Virus record (IMG/VR): IMGVR_UViG_3300045988_174371
Span: 32,001 to 96,000 of that record
Length of the DNA: 64,000 bases
DNA from: a virus
Strand: one strand, 5' to 3'
Part shown: piece after piece, positions 1-7,401 of the stretch
Numbering within the stretch: the stretch's first letter is position 1
Layout of the letters: each line of letters opens with the position of its first letter
Notes under the pieces: model-generated
What the model was told of the DNA's origin: nothing
What the model saw: only the letters and a program-made list of their open reading frames with translations
The model's database searches: none
Position numbers and translations under genes: made by a program

Positions 1-12
1 TGTGGTAGTAAT
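1..12 (+). promoter_or_regulatory. possible extended -10 promoter core cut by window edge
   Basis: TGTGGTAGTAAT matches the window-wide TGTGGTA..A.T core (cf. 62098..62108); -35 would lie outside the window. Confidence 0.3.
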
Positions 13-26
13 TGCGTGAAGTCAAA

Positions 27-79
27 CCCCCTGCTGGTAAGGAGTATTTCCTTACTGGCAGGGGGTATAACTATTTTTT
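27..79 (+). terminator. intrinsic terminator hairpin plus T-run
   Basis: 17-bp stem CCCCCTGCTGGTAAGGA/TCCTTACTGGCAGGGGG (G-U pairs only work in plus-strand RNA) followed by TATAACTATTTTTT. Confidence 0.6.
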
Positions 80-478
80 CTATTCGCCAAAGTAGTCAAT
101 GGATTCGATGGAGAGGTTGGCATCTGCACCCGCCGTTTCACTACCGGCAGTCACCTTGAAATGGCGGAGTCTGATTTCACCGAAAAGCTCGGAGGTCTGC
201 TTCATCTGCTCATAGTTCGGCGGGTTGGGGATGCTGTACACCGTTTCGCCAAGCTTAGTGTCGCCCTGATAGAACTCTACGGCATATCGCTTATTAGCGG
301 TGTCCACGGTAAGCATCGCATCATGGAAGGTTCCATTGAGGAAGCTCACCGCGTCCTCTGCGTTTACACCGGGGAACAGCTTTAGGGATAGGGGGATGTT
401 GAAGTCGTGGAAGAACCTACCTGGGGTGAACCCTGCGGGGACGTTGTTCCAATACATTGAGTCCATAAACATTGTCAC
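80..478 (-). CDS. hypothetical small acidic protein (132 aa)
   Basis: complete ORF; AAGGAAC SD about 7 nt before ATG; stacked directly after 493..822. Confidence 0.7.
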   Translation of the reverse strand: MTMFMDSMYWNNVPAGFTPGRFFHDFNIPLSLKLFPGVNAEDAVSFLNGTFHDAMLTVDTANKRYAVEFYQGDTKLGETVYSIPNPPNYEQMKQTSELFGEIRLRHFKVTAGSETAGADANLSIESIDYFGE

Positions 479-492
479 TGGTTCCTTTGGGG

Positions 493-822
493 CTAGATGT
501 TTACGCGATAGCTATCAATGTGGAGGTAGAGGCGTTCATTATCAATGGTGATACGTGCCTTGTTCTCGAAAGGGCTGTCAAGGATGAACATGCCGAACTC
601 ATGTACGGGGTCGATGGTTACGGCGTATTCCTTACCTTCGGCAGTAATGGTGCTTTCGAGGTATTCAACGGTAAGCTCATCACCACTGAAGCTGTCCGGG
701 TTAATGCTGAAGCGCGCTTCGTCCAGGTTAGCATTAGCGAGCGCTTCGAAGGTTTCCGCATCTGCGCTAATGGGGAAGTCGATGTCGGTGAAATGTGCGG
801 TGAGAAAATGGTTCTTTGCCAT
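493..822 (-). CDS. hypothetical acidic protein (109 aa; track ORF 493..831 trimmed)
   Basis: GAAAGGA SD lies 8-9 nt upstream of the ATG at 822; the first ATG overlaps the SD. Confidence 0.65.
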   Translation of the reverse strand: MAKNHFLTAHFTDIDFPISADAETFEALANANLDEARFSINPDSFSGDELTVEYLESTITAEGKEYAVTIDPVHEFGMFILDSPFENKARITIDNERLYLHIDSYRVNI

Positions 823-869
823 GATTATCATCCTTTCAGATAGCGGTAGTTGTCGTGGTGTGGCTTGCG

Positions 870-1184
870 TTATGCAAGGGTGCCCATGAGGGCAACGATG
901 AGCTGGTATGCTTCGGTGTTTTCGGAGCCGTCTGCCTTGTCCTCCATGTCAGTTACGGGGCTGATGCGGATGACAGGGGTAGTTGCCAGGCTATCGGTGG
1001 TGATGGTAACCAAGTAGGTGCCTTCGCGGGTTTCTACCAGGTAGGAGGTGCCGCCTTCGATGGAGACAGTATCAATATCGTCGATGATACCCAGGTGCTC
1101 GCGGTTGCTTTCTAGGATATTGAGTGCATCCTGGGTTGCGGTAGCGGTCTTTGCTTCGATGATGTGGGTGGAGGTGATGTACAT
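870..1184 (-). CDS. hypothetical protein (104 aa)
   Basis: GAAAGG SD; family promoter 1224..1253 directly upstream. Confidence 0.75.
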   Translation of the reverse strand: MYITSTHIIEAKTATATQDALNILESNREHLGIIDDIDTVSIEGGTSYLVETREGTYLVTITTDSLATTPVIRISPVTDMEDKADGSENTEAYQLIVALMGTLA

Positions 1185-1223
1185 GATTGTTGCCTTTCAA
1201 GCTAAAGCTAACTTACAGAAAAT

Positions 1224-1253
1224 AGTGTATCACATGTTTCAGCCCCTGCGCAA
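1224..1253 (-). promoter_or_regulatory. family promoter
   Basis: minus-strand reading TTGCGC-N13-TGTGATACACT, upstream of 870..1184. Confidence 0.6.
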
Positions 1254-1254
1254 G

Positions 1255-1283
1255 TCGCTATACGGTCTTTTCTGTGGTACTAT
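1255..1283 (+). promoter_or_regulatory. family promoter (divergent from 1224..1253)
   Basis: TCGCTA-N12-TGTGGTACTAT, 38 nt upstream of 1321 start. Confidence 0.55.
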
Positions 1284-1320
1284 CGATAATAACACATAAG
1301 CCCCATAAGAAAGGAATAGA

Positions 1321-2748
1321 ATGCGAGTTAATGCCGCAGGGGAAGATAATGTCATGTTTGCTGGGTGGCGCAATATTATCGCTCACATGCAGAGGAATCA
1401 CTCTGTCCCCGCTACTGCGCCGTCATGGGCAGGAGCTAAGCATATCCAGAAAGCCCCCGGCTGGAAGCTTGAAAAATTCTGTAGCAATAAGGGTCCCTAC
1501 TACGGTTGGTCAGACATGGACGGTGTTAATAGCGTTCACACCGACCAGGACTGCGTTATTCCAGAGGAGAAGTTCGTTGCAGGCGACATCTATAGCACAG
1601 CCTCAGTGACGCTACGACCTAAGAACCTCGTGACTGGCTCCATCCTCACCCATGACGCTGTTATCGAGCGCCACTGCCTTGTTGCAGGTGGAGTTAGCGT
1701 CCGCAACAGTGTCCATATTGAGCATGGCGCACTCATCGGCGCACCTTACCGCGTCGCACCCCACAAAGCACCCCTGCCTCTATGGTGTACTGTTGCAGTG
1801 CTTGCTGACGGTGACATCACTATTGATAGCGGCGCGGTAATCTTCGGCAGTGTCATCTCCCTATCGGGTGAAGTACACGTAAAGGATGGCGCACACATCT
1901 TCGGGCGCGTCTATGACAGCAAGCGGGGGCTTCCACATGACGGATTGGACATTGAGGAAGCAAGAAAAATGCCTGGCGTTGTAGCCGCCTACTCTCCTAT
2001 TGGCGTATCCCCCGCAGGGAAAGAGCCAATGTTTGCGAATACCTGGCTTGGTCAAGGTTATCCCATCCCTAAGGCGCGCCACAAGGAATGGCGCAAGGAC
2101 AGGGCGCTTTGGTATGGCGCATGGGATGACAACCTTCGCCGTATCCCCCTCGGCAACTACCAGCGTGAGCACGTCTCCCCTCTTGGTTGCTCATGCGTAG
2201 ACGGCAGTCGCGACAAGATGGAACCCAAATCTAAAGTCTACCCCTACTTCGCATCCGATGTGGAGACCTGGCTCAAAAGCTGGCTTATGGGTGGCGCGCC
2301 CGGTCTATGGGAAAACAGCTTCATCCTCGGTGATGTAGTGGTACCCAGGCGTAAGACGCTCATCATCCCTAAGGATTCATTTGTTGATGGAACCATCACT
2401 CTTAAACCAGGTGCCCACCTCTATCTGAGGGATGGGGCGCAGGTGTCCGGCGGCATCATCACCACCTCAAGGAACCACATTACTATCGGCAGGGAGTGCG
2501 TGGTGTACAACGGTATCATGGGGGACGGAAAGACCATGACGCTGGACTCTGTTGGAGATTTGAAGACCCCCACACTGCATACCCTTGAGGCTGGCATCAC
2601 CAAAGATTTTGCAGATAGCGTGTGGGGGTGGGGTGCTCGACATGCAGAGCGGATGAAGCGAACCTGTAGGTTTAGCGATGAGTTCATGGTTCTGCATGGC
2701 AGGTACCATATAGATATGTATGCTCTCTTTGTGGGGCAGTACGTCTAG
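1321..2748 (+). CDS. hypothetical protein with beta-helix-like repeats (475 aa)
   Basis: AGAAAGGAA SD; own promoter and terminator; segments such as AVIERHCLVAGGVSVRNSVHIEHGALIG and GDITIDSGAVIFGSVISLSGEVHVKDGAHIFG resemble bactofilin/hexapeptide-type repeats. Confidence 0.75.
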   Translation: MRVNAAGEDNVMFAGWRNIIAHMQRNHSVPATAPSWAGAKHIQKAPGWKLEKFCSNKGPYYGWSDMDGVNSVHTDQDCVIPEEKFVAGDIYSTASVTLRPKNLVTGSILTHDAVIERHCLVAGGVSVRNSVHIEHGALIGAPYRVAPHKAPLPLWCTVAVLADGDITIDSGAVIFGSVISLSGEVHVKDGAHIFGRVYDSKRGLPHDGLDIEEARKMPGVVAAYSPIGVSPAGKEPMFANTWLGQGYPIPKARHKEWRKDRALWYGAWDDNLRRIPLGNYQREHVSPLGCSCVDGSRDKMEPKSKVYPYFASDVETWLKSWLMGGAPGLWENSFILGDVVVPRRKTLIIPKDSFVDGTITLKPGAHLYLRDGAQVSGGIITTSRNHITIGRECVVYNGIMGDGKTMTLDSVGDLKTPTLHTLEAGITKDFADSVWGWGARHAERMKRTCRFSDEFMVLHGRYHIDMYALFVGQYV

Positions 2749-2769
2749 ACGCTTACTATCACTACCAAA

Positions 2770-2817
2770 GTAAAACCCCCTCAGGAAGCCGCATGCGGCT
2801 TCCTGAGGGGGTTTTAC
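2770..2817. terminator. bidirectional hairpin terminator
   Basis: GTAAAACCCCCTCAGGAAGCCGC/GCGGCTTCCTGAGGGGGTTTTAC between convergent genes. Confidence 0.75.
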
Positions 2818-2834
2818 TTACTTATGCAGGGGCT

Positions 2835-3374
2835 TTATGCTCCCGCGTAGAAGAAGTGCTTGAGGGTGGCGTGGCGAACCTTGCCGTAAGCCTTACTGGT
2901 CTGGATGGTAGCAACCATACCCTTGATGTTCTGGATGGACTCATTGCGCTTCGCAACAGGCTTCTTCTGCTCCTGCTGAACGACAGGGACAGCGCTCTCT
3001 ACGCGAGCCTCCAGCTTCACCGCCATGTCTTCAAGGTCAGATACCTTAATGGCGTAGAACTTACCTTGAATAGCGGCAGGGAGCTTGCCGCTTCGAATGA
3101 GTGCCATGACTTCCGGGCGGGTGATGCCTAGAATCTGTGCCGCCTCTACAGGGGACACCTCGGAGCGGCGAATTTCAATGTGGGTTGCGTTGCCCTCTGC
3201 AAGGGTTGCGATAAGGGCTTCCAGGACACTGCTCAGGTTTGCAGGCATTACGCGCTGACCCATGCGGGTAGTAAATGCCGCCTTGTTCTTGTTGCCGGTG
3301 AGCTTGGTCAGTTGGCGGGCTTCCTTGCAAGCCTGCATAAGAACTTCGGGGTTGATGGTGATGCGGTTCTGCAT
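2835..3374 (-). CDS. excisionase/MerR-like HTH DNA-binding protein (179 aa)
   Basis: AAGGAG SD; SPVEAAQILGITRPEVMALIRSGKLPAA..YAIKVSDLE resembles Xis-type winged HTH; paralogous C-terminus at 63960..64000. Confidence 0.7.
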   Translation of the reverse strand: MQNRITINPEVLMQACKEARQLTKLTGNKNKAAFTTRMGQRVMPANLSSVLEALIATLAEGNATHIEIRRSEVSPVEAAQILGITRPEVMALIRSGKLPAAIQGKFYAIKVSDLEDMAVKLEARVESAVPVVQQEQKKPVAKRNESIQNIKGMVATIQTSKAYGKVRHATLKHFFYAGA

Positions 3375-3466
3375 TGGCTAAACTCCTTAGCGTTGATGGC
3401 AGTTTAAATTAGTGAGCGGTAGAAGTCTTACCCCTTGTGGAAGGATAACCCCTCGCTACATATCTA

Positions 3467-3496
3467 AGTGTATCACATATTTTAATGGGGCAACAA
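3467..3496 (-). promoter_or_regulatory. family promoter
   Basis: minus reading TTGTTG-N13-TGTGATACACT upstream of 2835..3374. Confidence 0.55.
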
Positions 3497-3540
3497 GTTG
3501 AATGTTGGTGAGGTGCATCACTCTCGAATGTGGGCATAAA

Positions 3541-3580
3541 TGTGGCGGGTACCAAGCTCTAAGTCTCAGTACCCGCCACA
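3541..3580 (-). terminator. hairpin terminator
   Basis: TGTGGCGGGTAC ... GTACCCGCCACA, 15 nt downstream of 3595 stop. Confidence 0.65.
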
Positions 3581-3594
3581 CATGCATATGAACG

Positions 3595-4035
3595 CTATGC
3601 GCCCTTCTCATTCTCGGGAGAGTTCACCACAGTATTATCCGCGTCGTGAGTTACTTCGCTAGAGGTCTTAGCTACAGGCTTCTCACCCTCCTCAGCTTCC
3701 ACCGGCGCACCTTCCGACTCTTCCTTGATACCCTTCCGTACTTCTCGGAAAGGACCAACGAGCGCAAAGGTAGCTAGAACCACACAAATGACCGCAATAA
3801 CCAACTGAACAACCTTCAGGGCAATATTGTCGCCCCTAAAGACCTCAAGAAGGTTACCCACACCCATCAAGGCGAGCATCAGCATAAAGAGAACCGGCTG
3901 GCTACAGCTCATGAGTGACTTCATGAAGGTCTGACCATTTGGTCGGAAATTAAAATAGACAATAGCGATACCAGCGGCAAGGAAAATGTCACCGATAAAG
4001 CCAAGCAAATAGTGAATAGAATGCATGTCAAGCAT
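3595..4035 (-). CDS. small membrane protein, about 3 TM plus acidic tail (146 aa)
   Basis: GAAAGG SD; three hydrophobic stretches then an E/K-rich C-terminus; the holin-like topology is speculation. Confidence 0.7.
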   Translation of the reverse strand: MLDMHSIHYLLGFIGDIFLAAGIAIVYFNFRPNGQTFMKSLMSCSQPVLFMLMLALMGVGNLLEVFRGDNIALKVVQLVIAVICVVLATFALVGPFREVRKGIKEESEGAPVEAEEGEKPVAKTSSEVTHDADNTVVNSPENEKGA

Positions 4036-4091
4036 CTTGAAAACCTTTCGTATGTGCAGGCATGACAGGGAGCCTGCAAGGACTATGTGCT

Positions 4092-4134
4092 CTCGCCCCC
4101 GCCGTGGTTAGTGTAGAACCGTGGCAGGGGCGAG
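4092..4134 (-). terminator. hairpin terminator
   Basis: 18-nt arms CTCGCCCCCGCCGTGGTT/AACCGTGGCAGGGGCGAG with wobble pairs. Confidence 0.55.
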
Positions 4135-4147
4135 AACCTAAATACTT

Positions 4148-5446
4148 CTAGTCTACCTCGGTGGCGGTAGAGGGCTTGAAGCGTTCCGGGAAGTATAGGC
4201 AGAAGTCGGTAATCTTACCGTCAATCCCCTCATCCTCATCCTCATCACCTTCATTGCCTTCAATGAGGCATAGAGGTGACTCAGAATCATCAAGCGTATA
4301 CTTCACACTCGCATTAACTGGGAGCTTATACGTACCCATCAGCTTATAATCATCTTCTTCAAGAAGTACATACTTCTTACCCTCGTGAGACTTAATGTAG
4401 TCATCAAGAACAGCATCCTCGCTATCGAGACCATTGAAAGGCAAGACAGCGAACTCCAACGAAGAGTAATCCCACACCTTATCGTAAGGAGCGCACTCCT
4501 CATCAGCCGGAATACTAGGGTTGAAGAAAATCATTGCGAGAACCAAAGCACCGGAAGCGTACATGAGCCACACCGGAGCTGACTGCGTGAAGAAGAACAG
4601 AGAGTACAATGCAACTAGTGCAATAGCCAGAAGAGCGGCGGAAGCAGTCATCACCAGCGAAGAGAAGGGGCGATGCAGAAGGCTCCAGCCGGGGAACTCC
4701 AAATCCCCCATCATCTTATCGTGATTGATACGCAGAATAGGCTCATCAATCAGACGGCTAACCTCATTCTCTCCAAAGTTCTCAACAGCCGCCGCATAAC
4801 GCTCAGCACGAGACTTCTCATAGACCGAACGAATCAAACCCTTAACAGGCTTCTTCTCAGACATCGGAACATGAATCTCATAATGCAGATAACGCCTAGC
4901 AGACTCCCACTCACCAAAGACAACCTTCAGCCTCGGAGCAGAACCCTCAATCGCATCATAAACAGTGCGGACGCTATCGACCCTATCCAGGGAACCCTTC
5001 GAGAAAACCGGAGCCACCGGCAAGACCTTAGCCTCACCATCATCCGAAACAGTGACCCAAAGCTTACCGTCAGCAACCTTGAAGAACCGCTCCACATACG
5101 GAGCACCCTCAGCGACACCCTCAACAGGTAGCACTTCATACTCGACAGCCTCATCATCACTGTAATCCTTCACAGCAAGAGGCTCACCGCTGGTACGCTT
5201 CCACAATGAAAAGCCAATGAGTGAACAAGTGAACGTAATCACCGAAGCGGGCAAAAGAAAAATTCCACTAACGAAAATGAAAAAGCCCGTAACCGGCGAA
5301 TAGCCGCCCGCAGTCGTAAGGTTAAACCCAGACAATGCGACACCGCCCAAGGACAGAAGTAGCATAGCCGCCGCGAAAGCGAACAGGTTACGCCGCGAAA
5401 GCTTAGTCAAAGCCCTAGGCTTAATCAATTTCTCGTAAAGAGACAA
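4148..5446 (-). CDS. membrane protein with internal duplication (432 aa, TTG start)
   Basis: two halves, each with about 3 TM followed by an acidic soluble segment (VEYEVLPVEG.. / LEFAVLPFNG..); GGAAGG SD 12 nt before TTG; preceded by structured leader element A. Confidence 0.7.
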   Translation of the reverse strand: MSLYEKLIKPRALTKLSRRNLFAFAAAMLLLSLGGVALSGFNLTTAGGYSPVTGFFIFVSGIFLLPASVITFTCSLIGFSLWKRTSGEPLAVKDYSDDEAVEYEVLPVEGVAEGAPYVERFFKVADGKLWVTVSDDGEAKVLPVAPVFSKGSLDRVDSVRTVYDAIEGSAPRLKVVFGEWESARRYLHYEIHVPMSEKKPVKGLIRSVYEKSRAERYAAAVENFGENEVSRLIDEPILRINHDKMMGDLEFPGWSLLHRPFSSLVMTASAALLAIALVALYSLFFFTQSAPVWLMYASGALVLAMIFFNPSIPADEECAPYDKVWDYSSLEFAVLPFNGLDSEDAVLDDYIKSHEGKKYVLLEEDDYKLMGTYKLPVNASVKYTLDDSESPLCLIEGNEGDEDEDEGIDGKITDFCLYFPERFKPSTATEVD

Positions 5447-5767
5447 ACCGATACACTACCTTCCAGTAATAAGAACGAATAAGAATGAGGAACAGCAAGA
5501 AGAAGCCACTCCCTTGTGTATGGGAAAGCTGAGCAGGCATCTAGAGAAGGATGCACCCAAATTAGGGAGAATGCTCACCTAATACATGAAGCGCATCCAG
5601 TTTCCCAACTCAGTTAGATGAGTCAAGGCTTAGCCCTGACGGTAACCCTTAGTCGGTAGATGCCAGCCTTTCCTGGTCTTGACACCGCCGCCACCTAATT
5701 ACTATCAGGCTCGGCAATGCCCATTTATTTCACGCACCTCGCCCGTCTCTCACAGGCAAGGTGCGTT
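5447..5767 (-). ncRNA. structured 5' leader carrying RNA element copy A
   Basis: about 320 nt without an ORF between promoter 5774..5803 and the 5446 start; hairpin 5735..5763 (loop UGUGAGAGAC) plus domain 5617..5695 (GGUGGCGGCGGUGUCAAGACCAGGAAAGGCUGGC ... CCUUGACUCAUC), homologous to 28463..28542 and 56070..56191. Confidence 0.6.
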
Positions 5768-5773
5768 AGCTCA

Positions 5774-5803
5774 AGTGTAACACAGACGAGCCCTGTGTGT
5801 GAA
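5774..5803 (-). promoter_or_regulatory. family promoter driving element A and 4148..5446
   Basis: minus reading TTCACA-N13-TGTGTTACACT. Confidence 0.55.
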
Positions 5804-5866
5804 AAACGCGGACTCCCTGCACTGTATATTCCCTGCCCGCCTCTTCTTGAGGTGGATGCCGTGGGG

Positions 5867-6136
5867 TTACTCTGGGGTTATAACGCATTCTGTGGTACTG
5901 CGTATGGTGGCTTCGTAGTCCTTTGTCCAGTAGTTGTCTGGGGCGTACCCGAATAGAACGTCAAATACGGCTCGTATTTCGCCGTTGGGTTTGCGCTCTG
6001 CGCCTAGCAGGAATACGCCTATGGGCTCTTCTAGCCCTTCGGCTTTACACTTCTTGAGGTATTCATTTTCGGCAAGTTCTGTGATACGCTGTTTCACTGC
6101 CGGGGTGATAGTCTGCGCTTGTTGTGACGAAGGCAT
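5867..6136 (-). CDS. hypothetical protein (89 aa; track ORF extends to 6163)
   Basis: GAAAG 8 nt before the ATG at 6136, giving TAAgATG coupling with 6138..6413; earlier ATGs at 6163 and 6151 are possible. Confidence 0.6.
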   Translation of the reverse strand: MPSSQQAQTITPAVKQRITELAENEYLKKCKAEGLEEPIGVFLLGAERKPNGEIRAVFDVLFGYAPDNYWTKDYEATIRSTTECVITPE

Positions 6137-6137
6137 C

Positions 6138-6413
6138 TTAGAAGCTTTCATAGTATTCGACATCTTCTTCGATTGTGTAGGTGTTGGTTGCGCTGATGGT
6201 TACTCGGTAGCCCCTTTGCCACTGGTGGTATCGAGAGTCTTCGTAGTGGGCGAACGCTAGGGCTTTGATGGAGCCGTCGTTGGTGCGTTCAAGTTCTTCT
6301 AGGTAGACCTCGTGAGGGTCGCTTTCGGACGGGTCCATAACGCTTACTGCCTTGGTCTTAACCAGGTTCGCAATGTATTCCTGGGTGGTTTCGCTAATGC
6401 TGGTGGCGGTCAT
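6138..6413 (-). CDS. hypothetical acidic protein (91 aa)
   Basis: GGAAAGG SD; promoter 6476..6505. Confidence 0.75.
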   Translation of the reverse strand: MTATSISETTQEYIANLVKTKAVSVMDPSESDPHEVYLEELERTNDGSIKALAFAHYEDSRYHQWQRGYRVTISATNTYTIEEDVEYYESF

Positions 6414-6475
6414 GAGGTTTGCCTTTCCTGATTGGGTAGTGGGTGGGGAGCTTTGAGTCCACCCCTCATATGTAA

Positions 6476-6505
6476 TAGTTTACCACAGATTTTATGCCTT
6501 AAAAA
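6476..6505 (-). promoter_or_regulatory. family promoter
   Basis: minus reading TGTGGTAAACT core; weak -35. Confidence 0.5.
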
Positions 6506-6579
6506 CATTGAGAGCCTGTCATTTTAAAGATGAGCCAGTAGTGTTTGCGAGGTGCGCATGTTAATTATTAAGAAATTGC

Positions 6580-6642
6580 GAAAAACAGTACCAATATGAG
6601 GCTAGACCCTTAGGGATGAACTTCATATTGGTACTGTTTTTC
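6580..6642. terminator. long palindromic bidirectional terminator
   Basis: 20-bp perfect arms GAAAAACAGTACCAATATGA/TCATATTGGTACTGTTTTTC. Confidence 0.7.
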
Positions 6643-6781
6643 ACTTCTTATAGAGTGCCCGACACGTAACATACTGCAAAGATTGAGTGTGATAGATATG
6701 CGGCTACCACACTGCCAATCCTAGAAGATTCTTCGTCCGTTGGGGACTGAGGTTAATGTGGCGCAAACCACCCTGACGAAT

Positions 6782-6811
6782 TTTTGTCGTGTCTCAAAAC
6801 TGTGGTACAGT
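6782..6811 (+). promoter_or_regulatory. family promoter
   Basis: TGTGGTACAGT core 60 nt upstream of the 6871 start. Confidence 0.55.
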
Positions 6812-6870
6812 GTATTTCGTGAAGCTTCGCGCTTCCACACCCATAGTACGGTAACTACCAAAGGAGGACA

Positions 6871-7293
6871 ATGACTACCAACACCATTACTCTTGCCAAC
6901 TTCTCCATGCTCGGCTTCTTTGAGGGCGACTTTAGCGCCCAGTACATTGAAGCACTCAAGGGTGAGACCTCGACGGTAATCAAGAACCCGTCCATCAAGC
7001 TTGATAAGACTTCGGGTGCTCACGGTCGTCAGGAGCATCTTTTCCTGGATGTTGAATTTGAAGCACCCGCTGAGTTGGAGCCTGCGCGCACTGAGGAATC
7101 TAACGACGAGCAGGATACCATCATTTTGAAGGCGGTTTTTGGTATCACCTCGGGTGCTATTCGAGACATTGCCGAAAATATTGTGGCGATGGATGATATT
7201 CCCGTGGAAGTTGAAGTTACCAACATCTCCACCTCTGGAGGCGGTTTGAAGATGTCACTTGGCGGCTCTGGATTGCTGGAGCTGACCGCCTAG
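6871..7293 (+). CDS. hypothetical acidic protein (140 aa)
   Basis: AAAGGAGG SD 5 nt before ATG; terminator 7332..7370. Confidence 0.8.
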   Translation: MTTNTITLANFSMLGFFEGDFSAQYIEALKGETSTVIKNPSIKLDKTSGAHGRQEHLFLDVEFEAPAELEPARTEESNDEQDTIILKAVFGITSGAIRDIAENIVAMDDIPVEVEVTNISTSGGGLKMSLGGSGLLELTA

Positions 7294-7331
7294 CATCTTC
7301 CCTGCCTGATTGAGCTGACTACCGTATAGAG

Positions 7332-7370
7332 CAAAGTGCCCCTCGCATTGAATTTGCGAGGGGCACTTTG
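7332..7370. terminator. bidirectional hairpin terminator
   Basis: CAAAGTGCCCCTCGCA/TGCGAGGGGCACTTTG between convergent genes. Confidence 0.75.
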
Positions 7371-7401
7371 TTGCGCCATTTGCTATTGGTGTGCGTTGGG
7401 G

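Noticed and set aside
5617-5695. The RNA element as SRP RNA domain IV, a T-box, or a cobalamin (B12-box) or Mn2+ (yybP) riboswitch
   Set aside because: The fragments GUGUCAAGACCAGGAAGG, GGUACCGCC and CAAGACC loosely recall SRP (GUCAGGUCCGGAAGGAAGC), the T-box (GGUGGUACCGCG), the B12 box and the yybP 3' end. However, the flanking conserved cores of those families are absent and the helices do not superimpose. This should still be checked with Rfam.
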